From contig CAWJKT010000001.1 in assembly GCA_963843375.1 (NCBI GenBank), forward strand, positions 64,001 to 128,000: a DNA stretch of 64,000 nt, written 5' to 3'. Positions 28,100 to 38,625 of this stretch are shown here, piece after piece. The notes beneath the pieces were generated by a model. That model was not told where the DNA came from. It did no database searches and was given only the letters and a program-made list of their open reading frames with translations. Position numbers and translations under genes: made by a program. Each line of letters begins with the position of its first letter. Within the stretch, counting starts at the first letter, position 1. The stretch is from an uncultured Pseudomonadota bacterium. Lineage in GTDB: Bacteria; Oederibacteriota; Muellerivitia; Muellerivitales; Muellerivitaceae.

Positions 28100-30199
28100 A
28101 TGATGGAACTCCTTGAAAAAGTAAATATCCTCCATGTAGAAGACAATCCGGGCGACACCATCCTATTAAACGCTGAACTTTTGGATACCCTTAATGACTT
28201 TCCCGAACACAAAAGCGAAATGCCCCATTGGGAAATTACCCGGGCAAAAAACTGCGCCGAAGCCAAGTCGAAATTAAATCAGGGAAAATTTCACGTTGTC
28301 ATTTTAGATTTGGGTCTGCCCGACGGATCGGGTTTGGAGGCCCTTCGGCAGATCGCTTCCGCGGCTCCGGATTTGCCCATTATCGTCCTGTCGGGAAGGA
28401 TTGAACCTAAAGCAGCCGTAGAATCGATCCAGGGAGGAGCCCAGGATTACTTGGTAAAAGGCCAGACTAGCGGATTCCAAATATGGCGGACCATTCGTTT
28501 TGCTCTGGAACGCCAAAATGTTCGAAATCGCGAAACCGAAGTGCTTGGTCAGAGCCAGGAAGGTTTTAAGTCCCTCATGGACATTTCCATCGATGGAGTG
28601 GCTGTGTTCAGGGATGGTGTCATCCGGGCCTCTAACTCGGCTTTTGAAAAGATGTTGGATTACGGACCGGATGAAATGATTGGGCAGCCTATCACCAGCT
28701 TATGTGATCCCGAATACCGTTCTTATTTTCAGTCGCAGATTGAACGGGGATCACAAACATCCATGGTGGTTTATGGAAAAAAGAAGGGAGGAGTTTCCCT
28801 GAACCTGGAATTCACGGTCAAACCCTGCCTGTTCGAAGGTTATCCAGCCCAAATTTTATATGTCCGTGACGTTACCGAGCACAAGAAGCAGGAAGAAATC
28901 ATTTATCAGCAGGCTTACATGGATCCCGGAACGGGCATGCCCAACCGGTATCTCTTTTTCGACCGCTTGAACGTGGCCATTCAACAAGCTGACCGTGTCG
29001 GGGGTAAAGTGGGCTTGATGTTCCTGGACTTGGACCGTTTCAAACTTATCAACGACACATTAGGCCATCACGTTGGAGACGAACTTATAAAGGCTGTCGC
29101 CTTGCGGTTGGAAAGTGTGATTCGCAAGAGCGACACCATTGCTCGTCTAGGCGGAGACGAATTCACCATTCTTGTAAACGATGTCCAGGGTCTCGAGGAA
29201 GTTTCCCAACTCGCACGCAAGATTCTGGGGGTGATGGCCAAGCCCTTCCAACTGCAGCGCCACGAACTACATATCTCCGTAAGTATCGGTATCAGTATTT
29301 ATCCCGATGACGCCCCCGACGCCGGAAGCCTTGTCCAGCGATCGGATATTGCCATGTACCAGGCTAAAGAAAAGGGTCGTAATAATTTCCAGGTCTATCA
29401 CTCTTCCATGCACATCAGTACCCTGGACCGACTTGAGTTGGAAAACAACCTTTTCAAAGCCATGGATAACAACGAATTTGACCTTTTTTACCAGCCCCAG
29501 GTGGAATTGGCGACTGGTCAGATTGTGGGCATGGAAGCGCTCCTCAGGTGGAATCATCCCACTCGCGGTTCCATCCCTCCATCCGATTTTGTGCCTCTAG
29601 CCGAGGAGACTGGCCTTATTATTCCCCTGGGCCAATGGGTCATCCAAAAAGCCTGTGCCCAAGCAAAAGCCTGGCAGCACCAAGGAATTAAGCCCGTGCG
29701 GGTTTCGGTAAATCTTTCGGCCGTCCAGTTTCTCAAGCACACTTTGCCTTTCCTGATCGACAAGATTCTGAAGGATGTCGGCTTGGAATCCGAATATCTT
29801 GAATTCGAGATCACGGAAAGTGTGGCTATGCGAAATCCCGCGTTCACACTTGCGGTTTTAAGGGAGTTTACGGAAGTCATTAAAGTGCGCATCGCCTTAG
29901 ACGATTTCGGCATCGCTTACTCCTCACTCGGTTATCTTAAAAATTTCCCCATTCATTGCCTGAAGATTGACAAGTCCTTTATTACGGGGTTGGGTCAGGG
30001 AAAAAAGGACGAAGCCATCGTGACCGCCATCATTGTTTTGGCAAAAAATTTGGGGTTGGAAGTTATTGCGGAAGGAGTGGAAACAAAGACCCAGATGGAT
30101 TTTTTAAAACAACAGGGAGATATTATCATTCAGGGATATTTTGTAAGCCCGCCCCTTTCGGCACAAGAAATGGAAGGACTTCTGCGAAAGCAAGGTTGA
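28100..30199 (+). CDS. REC-PAS-GGDEF-EAL diguanylate cyclase/phosphodiesterase
   Basis: REC (VEDNPGD, LDLGLPD); PAS; RLGGDEF with RKSD I-site; MEALLRW, LDDFG, LKIDKSF, AEGVET. ATG 28100 follows GGGGAG. Confidence 0.95.
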   Translation: MMELLEKVNILHVEDNPGDTILLNAELLDTLNDFPEHKSEMPHWEITRAKNCAEAKSKLNQGKFHVVILDLGLPDGSGLEALRQIASAAPDLPIIVLSGRIEPKAAVESIQGGAQDYLVKGQTSGFQIWRTIRFALERQNVRNRETEVLGQSQEGFKSLMDISIDGVAVFRDGVIRASNSAFEKMLDYGPDEMIGQPITSLCDPEYRSYFQSQIERGSQTSMVVYGKKKGGVSLNLEFTVKPCLFEGYPAQILYVRDVTEHKKQEEIIYQQAYMDPGTGMPNRYLFFDRLNVAIQQADRVGGKVGLMFLDLDRFKLINDTLGHHVGDELIKAVALRLESVIRKSDTIARLGGDEFTILVNDVQGLEEVSQLARKILGVMAKPFQLQRHELHISVSIGISIYPDDAPDAGSLVQRSDIAMYQAKEKGRNNFQVYHSSMHISTLDRLELENNLFKAMDNNEFDLFYQPQVELATGQIVGMEALLRWNHPTRGSIPPSDFVPLAEETGLIIPLGQWVIQKACAQAKAWQHQGIKPVRVSVNLSAVQFLKHTLPFLIDKILKDVGLESEYLEFEITESVAMRNPAFTLAVLREFTEVIKVRIALDDFGIAYSSLGYLKNFPIHCLKIDKSFITGLGQGKKDEAIVTAIIVLAKNLGLEVIAEGVETKTQMDFLKQQGDIIIQGYFVSPPLSAQEMEGLLRKQG

Positions 30200-30204
30200 C
30201 GGGG

Positions 30205-30651
30205 TTAGGAGGAGATGTTTTTGAGCCAGGATTCTTGAATGCTTTTCACCAGGGAAGGGTAGCTGTCGAGTTCAGCCGGCTTGAGGAAGTAGCTATTGGC
30301 GTGGTTCAGGCCAGCCTTCGACCTGTCCTGCTCATTGGTGGAACTCGTTAGGATCATGACGGGTATATGCTTCAAACCGGGATCTCTTTTGATTTCGGCC
30401 AAGACTTCATGGCCGTCCATTTTGGGCAGGTTCAGGTCCAGCAGGATAAAGTCCGGGTCCTGCTTGGCGGTGAAACATAACGAATGGCGAAGGAAGTTTA
30501 AGGCTTCCTCTCCATCGTAGGCTACGCACATTTGGACGGGAAAGGTGAATTCTTTCAGGTGCTCTTTCATGAGGAAGACGTCGGATTGGTTGTCCTCCAC
30601 CATGAGAACCTTGATCGACTTTTCTGGGTTTAAAGCTTGAGCCTTCGTCAT
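30205..30651 (-). CDS. single-domain response regulator (Rcp1-like receiver)
   Basis: VEDNQSD, LLDLNLPKMDG, ILTSS, KP. Confidence 0.92.
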   Translation of the reverse strand: MTKAQALNPEKSIKVLMVEDNQSDVFLMKEHLKEFTFPVQMCVAYDGEEALNFLRHSLCFTAKQDPDFILLDLNLPKMDGHEVLAEIKRDPGLKHIPVMILTSSTNEQDRSKAGLNHANSYFLKPAELDSYPSLVKSIQESWLKNISS

Positions 30652-30863
30652 TTTTCCTCCGGGTTTGTTTTTAGGAATGGGAGTAAGGGTTGGGAAACGT
30701 ATTGAAATCTACTCTAGTTCCGTTTTTTGTTTTTGAAAATATTATTCCGCGGAAATTTGGACAAACCTTTTCCCTGAACTTAACGCGGGGAGTTGACTTT
30801 CCCCCGGAATTGTCTTTTGGAAGGTTGGGCAAGGTATTAAACAAGTATCGAAAGGACTGAAAA

Positions 30864-31310
30864 ATGTTAAGTAAGATCAAAATCGCCGGCAGAGCTCTTG
30901 AAATTCTTCACATTGAAGACAATCCGGGGGACGCGACCCTTTTGAAAGAGGTGATAAAGAAGTCGGGGTTTCCCGCCCGCTTGAATCGAGTAGCGGACGG
31001 TGAGGAAGCTTTCGCTTTTCTCAGCAGGCGCGGCCTCCTTTTGGAAGCTCCATTGCCGGATGTAATCCTGTTGGATATAAAACTTCCCAAAAAAGACGGA
31101 CTGACGATCCTCAATGAAATCAGGCAAAACCCCGCATGGCAGTCGTTGCCAGTCATCATCCTAACCTGTTCCTACAGTGAACTGGATATCTCCTGGGCCC
31201 AGCGTTACAACGTCAACCATTACTTGATCAAACCCTCTGAGATTGATGAGTTCCGCGTGTTAGTCAAACTCCTGCGCGAATATTGGATCAAGACTTTCCA
31301 AAAACGATAG
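30864..31310 (+). CDS. single-domain response regulator (Rcp1-like receiver)
   Basis: IEDNPGD, LLDIKLPKKDG, ILTCS, KP. Confidence 0.92.
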   Translation: MLSKIKIAGRALEILHIEDNPGDATLLKEVIKKSGFPARLNRVADGEEAFAFLSRRGLLLEAPLPDVILLDIKLPKKDGLTILNEIRQNPAWQSLPVIILTCSYSELDISWAQRYNVNHYLIKPSEIDEFRVLVKLLREYWIKTFQKR

Positions 31311-32479
31311 CGGGCCTAGCCCGACTGAACTTTTGCATCTTTTCCCAAGGCCTTCTGAGAAGTTCATATGGAATATGCAGAATATCGGAGAAAAACATGA
31401 GAACATTCCATTCGCTTTTTCAATCCGTTTGTCCGGGCCGGTGCGAGGGGCTGAAAACAACGATAAGGCGAGATCGGTTCAAACTTTTTGGAATGTTTAT
31501 GATGGGTTTTTTGGCCTTCCAGGGGACAATCGAAAAGCTATTCGCCCTTCCCCCGCTTCCTATTCCAACCCAATTACCCGTTGATAACCCTTTAATTCAG
31601 CCTCAACAAAACCTTGTCGCGGATACGAGGATTCAAACTTCCTTAAGCCTCCAGCTCTTGAACCTGTTGGCCGGGGAAAACACCGGGATGGAAGGCCCCG
31701 GATCCTCCGACCTGATTTATTCCATTATGGCGCCCCTGTCTTATAACTCCAATCCGGGACTAGCGAGTGGATCCTCCGTACCGGCTTGGAACTTTGATCC
31801 CCAAGTCGAAATGCTTCATTCGGGTCCCCTGGCTAGTGATTTACTTTTGACCGCGTTCCTGGAGGCCGATACCTCCATTTATCCTGAGAATTCTGGATAC
31901 AATCAAGACACTCTTTCGGGCGAATTCCAGATCAATTTTACGGACAAAGGAATTCATTTTAAATCCGCTCCCTTTGTGGCCTATAAATCCTCATTTGCGG
32001 TTCCTGAGAATTTTTCCGGACATGCGTGGGTCAATGATCTTGAGGCCGGGTATAACTTCTTTAGTATCCTTGGAACCGGTGGGGAAAAAAGAAATAGAAC
32101 GGATCCACTTGAGATCGATTTCAATCCCGGACTCAGCCAGAGATGGATCCAAATCGATGACGGGGAGGGAAATTCCTCCATTAGCGGCTCAAGCGCATTG
32201 GAACTTGAGATTCCCTTTATCTATCAGCTCACTTCGCGGCTCGATTTTATTTTTGATTTCACCGCCTATACCCGGTATTACGATATCCACCAGGTTCAGG
32301 AAAATCAGGGCAGGGTTGACGAAGCATTCAGCTTTCCTCTGTCCCTAACCTGGACGGCGGTGCCGACTTGGAACCTTAAAATCCAAGCCACGGGCGATTA
32401 CACCCAACAGTTTTCAACTGAAGCGGGTCAAGATATTCTCCAACTGGATGGGGGTATTAATTTATTGGTGGTTTTCTAA
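31283..32479 (+). CDS. probable outer-membrane beta-barrel protein (true start likely downstream, near 31493)
   Basis: Long ORF with amphipathic beta-strand pattern and C-terminal Phe (GGINLLVVF). Confidence 0.6.
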   Translation: MDQDFPKTIAGLARLNFCIFSQGLLRSSYGICRISEKNMRTFHSLFQSVCPGRCEGLKTTIRRDRFKLFGMFMMGFLAFQGTIEKLFALPPLPIPTQLPVDNPLIQPQQNLVADTRIQTSLSLQLLNLLAGENTGMEGPGSSDLIYSIMAPLSYNSNPGLASGSSVPAWNFDPQVEMLHSGPLASDLLLTAFLEADTSIYPENSGYNQDTLSGEFQINFTDKGIHFKSAPFVAYKSSFAVPENFSGHAWVNDLEAGYNFFSILGTGGEKRNRTDPLEIDFNPGLSQRWIQIDDGEGNSSISGSSALELEIPFIYQLTSRLDFIFDFTAYTRYYDIHQVQENQGRVDEAFSFPLSLTWTAVPTWNLKIQATGDYTQQFSTEAGQDILQLDGGINLLVVF

Positions 32480-32689
32480 TCAACTTAGATACAAGGGGGA
32501 AATGGGTTTCCCAATATGCCGGGTTTATTTTTATTCCTCGTCTTGAAAGCATAAAGAAGCAAACTCTATTCTAATAACATGCCCAGTAAGAGACGTACTG
32601 GTCTTTTGGTCTAGGGATGGTGGACGAAAATACATCCTTCCATTACCCCGCCTCCCAGGAAATCCCCAGTTCGTTGAAAGGGGACGGCA

Positions 32690-33475
32690 ATGGATGAAGA
32701 CATTAAGGTCAATATTCTTTTAGTCGATGATAAACCCGCAAACTTGATCACGTTAGAAGCTGTACTTGACCCACTTAACTGCAATATCCTGGAAGCCACC
32801 TCAGGACATAAAGCCCTGGAAATAATGGAGACCACCGATGTTGCGCTGATATTGCTTGACGTCCAAATGCCCATTTTGGATGGCTTTGAGACGGCAAGAT
32901 TAATTAAAAAGAAATTCTCCGATAAGAACGTGCCCATCATTTTTATTACCGCCATATACAAGGAGGATCCCTCTGTCCAGAAAGGATACGAAGTGGGTGC
33001 GGTGGATTACATCGGGAAACCCTTTGACCCTCATGTTTTAAAGGCGAAAGTGGGGCTTCATGCTGAAATGTATAAGAAAACGAAGATCCTTCAGTTACTG
33101 GAAAAACAACTTGTGGAAACGGCGAGTCATTTCAAAATGCTCTTCGATAGCGTTCCTGACGCCATTTGCACAACTTCCATCGACGGTAAAGTTACCTTTT
33201 TGAATAAGGCGATGGAGAAATGCATCGGCTATAAACCTGAAGAATGTTTGGGAAAAAAATTATCCGCCTTTTTCACCTCCAACGAGTCTCTTGATTTCTC
33301 CAAAGGATTTAAAGAAACCCTTTTTACGCGCCATTCCAATCCTGTTTTCAAGACCAAGGTCATCACCAAATCAGGAAAGCCCCGGCCCGTAGAAGTTTAT
33401 TTAAACCCCATGATTCAAGGTACGGAATTCGAAGGTGCCGTTTGTGTTGTTCGTGATCTTTCAAAATCCGCCTAA
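32690..33475 (+). CDS. receiver plus PAS domain protein with no output domain
   Basis: LLVDDKPANL, LLDVQMPILDGFE, FITA, KP; then PAS (SVPDAICTTSIDGKVTFLN...VVRDL). Confidence 0.9.
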   Translation: MDEDIKVNILLVDDKPANLITLEAVLDPLNCNILEATSGHKALEIMETTDVALILLDVQMPILDGFETARLIKKKFSDKNVPIIFITAIYKEDPSVQKGYEVGAVDYIGKPFDPHVLKAKVGLHAEMYKKTKILQLLEKQLVETASHFKMLFDSVPDAICTTSIDGKVTFLNKAMEKCIGYKPEECLGKKLSAFFTSNESLDFSKGFKETLFTRHSNPVFKTKVITKSGKPRPVEVYLNPMIQGTEFEGAVCVVRDLSKSA

Positions 33476-33590
33476 ATCGCAATATCGGTCCGGCTAGCCA
33501 TGCCTTCCCGCTCAGGGGATGATTTTGATGATGGATCGTTTTTAAATTGGGCATTGATGGGGAACCCAACACTTGAAATGGAGGTGGCGG

Positions 33591-34754
33591 TCAAGCCGAA
33601 TTCCTGATCCGGTCTTGGATTTGCCGGCGGTTTTTTGATCCCGTGGGCCTGGACGAAGCAAACCGTTTGCCTGTTAGAATCTGTGGTGTCCCGGCGCGGT
33701 CCCGGCCCATGTCTTTGGCCTGGTACAAGCTTTGGTCGGCCAGCTTGAACAACTGGCGCGCGTCCGCCCTACCGCGGCAATAACTGGAAACTCCCAAACT
33801 GATGGTCAGGGGATAAAAGTCCGGCTTCCTTCCGGGAAGGCGCGGCGGGTTCTCTCGGACCTGCCGGAGAAGGCGCTGGACCAGAAATTGTACGCTAGAG
33901 GGAGGTGTGTCGGGCAAAAGCATGGCGAACTCCTCGCCGCCGATGCGCGCCACCGTATCCAATCCTCGGACACAGCCATGTAACTGGCGCGCCACATGCT
34001 TCAAAAATTCGTCGCCGATGTCATGGCCGTGGACGTCGTTCACTCTCTTGAAATAATCCAGGTCAGCCAACACCAGGCTGCAAGAATGTCCGTTTTTTTC
34101 GCAGCGTTTGAGTTCCTCCGATAAAGCCTTCTCGAAAAAGCGGCGGTTGGAAAGCCCCGTCAGCGGATCGGTGAGGGACTGTTCGACAACCCGCTTATGG
34201 GATTCGAGGGACTGGAAGGCCAGGCCTACCTGAGTGGCGAAATTGAAAAGGGATGCTACATCCGATCGCGTGATGAGACGGCTGGCCCTTAGGTGGTCCA
34301 CGGCCAAGGCACCGATGATCTTGCCGCCCCCGACCTGGATGGGCACCACCGCAGTGCTCCGGACGGGAACGCGCTGACTATCGCTTTTATGCTGTCGTTG
34401 CGAAAGATGATTGGTGAAGAAATACCGAAAATGCCTGTTGACGATATCCGAAAAGGCGTTGGCCCCCCGGCGGCGCACAATAGGAAAGCGGTCCTTGTTT
34501 TTCTCGAAGCGTCCCAGCTTGTCGACCCCCATGGCTAAGGTCATGGAGCGGCCTCCCGGATCCAAAAGGAAAATGCCGCATCGTTTGAAACCCAGGCCTT
34601 TCTGTACGGATCGAATCGTCAACTTAAACAGGGATTCCATGGAGATGCCCCGGCGCATACCGGCCATGACGTGTTGGTACATCAGCACTTCCTGGCCCAA
34701 AAGTTTTTCATGTTGACGAATACGAAGCAATTGGTCGTCGGTTAGAGAATGCAT
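33591..34754 (-). CDS. GAF-GGDEF diguanylate cyclase
   Basis: GAF-like region (TAVVPIQVGGGKIIGALAVD); TDPLTGLSNRR, DLDYFKRVND, RGLD I-site, GGEEF. Confidence 0.93.
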   Translation of the reverse strand: MHSLTDDQLLRIRQHEKLLGQEVLMYQHVMAGMRRGISMESLFKLTIRSVQKGLGFKRCGIFLLDPGGRSMTLAMGVDKLGRFEKNKDRFPIVRRRGANAFSDIVNRHFRYFFTNHLSQRQHKSDSQRVPVRSTAVVPIQVGGGKIIGALAVDHLRASRLITRSDVASLFNFATQVGLAFQSLESHKRVVEQSLTDPLTGLSNRRFFEKALSEELKRCEKNGHSCSLVLADLDYFKRVNDVHGHDIGDEFLKHVARQLHGCVRGLDTVARIGGEEFAMLLPDTPPSSVQFLVQRLLRQVRENPPRLPGRKPDFYPLTISLGVSSYCRGRADARQLFKLADQSLYQAKDMGRDRAGTPQILTGKRFASSRPTGSKNRRQIQDRIRNSA

Positions 34755-35178
34755 ATTTCCCCCTAATGAATCTTCAAAGGTTGAGGTAAACGGGACCTAA
34801 GATTTGGCTAAGGCCGTTGAACTAAGGCAGGGTCACAACCCTATTGGTTTCCCGTTTAACCCAAAAAGATAAAAGCATTTTCATTGGTGATGGCCTTTCG
34901 TTCCTTTTTGAAAATGGCGGACTAAAAGGGAATCCTGCAAGGCTACCAATGGTTTTTATTTAAATTGTAAAATTTTTTGGAAGAGAACCTTGGGTCAACC
35001 CATTAACAATACATTTTGATATGAGAGAACCATAGGCCCTTGGTTTTAGGACAAAACCGATAGGGGCATCTATCGGGATCATTATACTACCAAAACCCAT
35101 TTTGGGGCTTTGATTTTATTTGTTTGAAAGGAACTAGGTGATGGAGCTGAGATTAAACTAACATAAAGGGAAAGTTCC

Positions 35179-35581
35179 TTAGTTATTGGCGTTTCTGTTT
35201 CGATGAATGGTGTAATAACACAAGGAATCTATCAATCGATCCCCGTCCAACTCGTCCTTGGCGAGGTAGTCCTGGCACCCATCGCGATAGCCTTGAGGAT
35301 CATCTTTTCGTCGTAAAATCCGGTTAGTATGATGATGATGTATACGGGGTAGCTTTTTGGACTTGGACAAGGGTTTCCAAGCCATAAGTTTCCGGCAGGC
35401 AAAGGTCCAAAAGGATAACGTCGATTTCTTCCTCGGAAAGCTGCTTTAATGCGTCCTGGAGGCAAGGTTTATGCACCAATTCAAACTCGTTATTTCCATG
35501 CCGCTTGAAAATCTCCCGCATTAAAACCACATCGCCTGGGTTGTCTTCAACCAGCAGGACAATTCCCTTTCCAGCTTTCAT
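35179..35581 (-). pseudogene. single-domain response regulator broken by two -1 frameshifts (pseudogene or sequencing error)
   Basis: Three overlapping frames join into VEDNPGD...LDLCLPE...IIILTG...AMGAQDYLAK; adding 2 nt gives 134 aa. Confidence 0.7.
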
Positions 35582-35868
35582 AAGATCCGCCTTTGGCCGA
35601 AATGCCGTTTCGTTTCTAACCGGACGCGGTGTTTTCCGCGCGGATTAAACCTATCATCCGGAAATTTACTTTTTCAAACGGTATTCGAAAAAAAAACAAA
35701 AATTAAATTGAGTAATTTTAGAAACCGTTTAACACTTTTGGGATAAATATCGGGATAACTTTTGGAGATTTTACAAATGTGCAACAGGCCACAAGGAACC
35801 GAATTGAAAACAGGAAAGAGGAACGAAACTGTTTATTATGAATTGGAGTTTTGAAGAGTTGCCGCAAT

Positions 35869-37210
35869 TTAAGGTTTGCGTTCCTTCAACACCATGGGCA
35901 TTCCGTTCCTAGGCCTCAGGGTTATGGACGGAAAGAGTTCCAACTTGAAGTTTGCTACCGTGCGGGGTGCCCATCGTTGAGCAAGGGCTGCCAATACTAA
36001 AACCCCTTCCATCCAGGCAAAAGGTTCTCCGATGCATTGGCGGGGTCCCCCGCCAAAGGGGAAATAGGTGAAACGGGGGCGGGTGGTCTTGGCCTCGGCT
36101 GTGAACCGCTCCGGGTCGAATTTTTCAGGGTTCTCCCAATAGCGGGGATCCCGGTGCATCAAATATTGGACCATGTTGACGATGGAACCTTTTGGAATGT
36201 CGTAACCCCCGATTTTCGTCGCGTGAATGGCCTGGTAACCCAGGGCCCAGGCCGGGGGAAGAAGGCGCATGGATTCGGAAAAGACTTTTTCGGTGTAACG
36301 CAATTGGGGAATATCCTCCATCCGGGGCGCTCGGCCGCCTAAAACCCTGTCCAGTTCCTCATGTAGTTTGGCCTCGGCTTCCGGGTTTTGGGAAAGCAGG
36401 TACCAAGTCCAGGTCAGGGCATTGCCGACAGTTTCATGGCCGGCCAAAAGCAGGGTCATGGCTTCGTCCCTGACCTGGGCATCGGTCATCCGGCTTCCCC
36501 CATGTTCTCCGTCTTCGGAAAAAAGCATCATGGAAAGCAGGTCCCCGTTGTCCGTTCCCCTTTGGCGGTGTTGGTCGATGATCCGGAATACAGTTTTGTC
36601 CAACTGACGGCGGGCTTTTCTTACCCTTAAAGTTTTGGGCAGAGGGAAGCTTCGGCCAAAGAGTGGGGAAGGGGCGGTACATCCAGTCCTTGAAGACCCT
36701 CATGGCCGTACCCAGGGCTTCGTCGATATCACCAGCTTCTTCTTCCAGGTTCACCCCGAAAAGCGCTTTACCCACAATGGCTAGGGCGATGTGCATCATC
36801 TCTTCGTTAATGTCCAGGGTTTGGCCGTCTATCCATTCCCGGGTCAAGCCCTGGGCCTTTTCCACCATGATTTCAGCGTAGGAAGCAACTCTTTGGCGGT
36901 GAAAAGCTGGCTGTATGAGGCGGCGTTGGTGTTTGTGGATATCCCCTTCACTCGTGAGAAGCCCATCGCCAAGAATGGTTTTGGTGATTTGAAGGGCGGG
37001 TTCCTTTTGGAAATTCTGGGGCTGGACGCTGAGGACTTCCTGAATCAGGTCGGGGTGGTTCAAAAGGTAAGCCCGCCAGGGGCCTACCTTGAAACAACAA
37101 ATATCCCCATGGGCCCGGGTGGCGCGGGTGAGAAAACCCAGAGCGTCCCTGGAAAATTCGAAAAAGAACTCGAAGGGATAACGGGCTCTAATGATAGGAG
37201 GTTCGATCAA
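35869..37210 (-). CDS. cytochrome P450, split by a +1 frameshift near 36645
   Basis: LAGHET (I-helix), ESMR (ExxR), PERF, FGGGPRQCIG heme motif; removing 1 nt gives 446 aa. Confidence 0.92.
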
Positions 37211-37241
37211 GGCGGACCATTCGGAAGTTTATCGAAAGAGA

Positions 37242-37823
37242 TCAGTCGACGAAGAAGCCGATTCCCGCCTGGATGGGAATAAAGATGGTGGGATTATCCG
37301 TCGTCCCGGCCGGCCCATTTACGGGAGTAAAGTCCATGTCGACCCTTCCTTGAAGGAACAGGGCGGCGGAGTCCCCGACCTTGAACAAAATTCCTAAGCC
37401 TGGGGCCGCCATAAAATCCGTTTGGTTATTGGCAGAAGTAATATTGGAGTAAGAGTTAATAGCCACTCCCAAGCCCAGGAAGAGATAGGGCCTTATGTTT
37501 TCGTGGGTAAGGTTGAATCTAACCACGCCCAATAGGGGAACATAGGAGAACTCCCTGTTTGTTCCCGTCGGTTCTTTGGAAAGATCATATTGGTAATAAC
37601 CCGAGGCTATAGCGAGGGTGAAGGTGTGGTCTAAACGGTATCCTATGGAAAGATCCCCCCCGAAACCCAAGTTTAAGCCTTTTGAGGCATTCGTGCTGAA
37701 AGGCAGGGATAAACTGCCGTCAGCGGTTTCGGTCCATCTTTGGTTGGCCGATATGTCATCGGTATCCGCAAGGACCATCCCAGGCAAAAGCATCAATAAA
37801 GCCAACCACAATCCCTTTTTCAT
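37242..37823 (-). CDS. small outer-membrane beta-barrel protein
   Basis: ATG 37823 with GAGGA RBS; signal peptide; GGDLSIGYRL, RPYLFLGLG, QAGIGFF. Confidence 0.75.
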   Translation of the reverse strand: MKKGLWLALLMLLPGMVLADTDDISANQRWTETADGSLSLPFSTNASKGLNLGFGGDLSIGYRLDHTFTLAIASGYYQYDLSKEPTGTNREFSYVPLLGVVRFNLTHENIRPYLFLGLGVAINSYSNITSANNQTDFMAAPGLGILFKVGDSAALFLQGRVDMDFTPVNGPAGTTDNPTIFIPIQAGIGFFVD

Positions 37824-37938
37824 GGTTTTGTCCTCGCAGTTTTGGTTTATACGACCCTGCTGTACCAGTATAGATAAGAACAACCTGAAAAAGAAATGAT
37901 GGGCGTCTAAAATAAATATATATTAAGAAAGGGGCGGT

Positions 37939-38490
37939 ATGAAAAAGATCAAGTGGCTGTTGCTTTTACCGGTGTTTTTCATGATGGGTTGTCCAAAGTC
38001 GCCGACCTCTCCAAATGCAGCCTTGGTGGAGAACCCGTGGAACGGTACTTATCTTACCGGTTTCAACAATGTCATCACCAGTTCGGGCTTTTATGTCACA
38101 CCCTACCCGGGGAGCACGATGTCCAGCGTGGTTATATGGCTGTTGGTGAACCAAAATGGAAACTATACCTATAACTTAACCGTCACGGATTCGGCCTATA
38201 CCGGCAGTGTGATCGGAACCGCTTCCAGTGGAGCGGTTTCCCTGCTGAACAACGACATCTATCAGCCGGTGACTTTCACCTTCGGTGGCAATCCCGGTGT
38301 AACCAAAGGTCACACGGTTGATTTTGTTGTGAACGCCACCAGCAGCCCCTCGGGTTCTACCACTTCTTATTGTCCTCAAGCTTCCGGCAGCGATAACATC
38401 AATATTGAATTGACGAACGGAACCACCTCAACCACCCCCGGGCCCAACCAGGGCATCGGCGTCGGGGTCGTGATCAACGGCAACAGTTAA
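37939..38490 (+). CDS. hypothetical lipoprotein (Ser/Thr/Asn-rich)
   Basis: MKKIKWLLLLPVFFMMGC lipoprotein signal. Confidence 0.75.
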   Translation: MKKIKWLLLLPVFFMMGCPKSPTSPNAALVENPWNGTYLTGFNNVITSSGFYVTPYPGSTMSSVVIWLLVNQNGNYTYNLTVTDSAYTGSVIGTASSGAVSLLNNDIYQPVTFTFGGNPGVTKGHTVDFVVNATSSPSGSTTSYCPQASGSDNINIELTNGTTSTTPGPNQGIGVGVVINGNS

Positions 38491-38625
38491 ACCCCTGGCG
38501 GCCGCGTTGGAAGTTTAAAATTCTTTCCGCTTGATCCCATTAAAACTTTCGTCCGTCTTCCGGCTATGGATGGACCTCCGCCTCGTGCTAAACTAAACCC
38601 CTGATTATCATTCCCAAGGATCATC

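Noticed and set aside
34921..34950. TAAAAGGGAATCC resembling the start of a cobalamin riboswitch
   Set aside because: The following GGTG.AA.TCC hairpin and B12 box are missing, and it faces away from the nearby gene.
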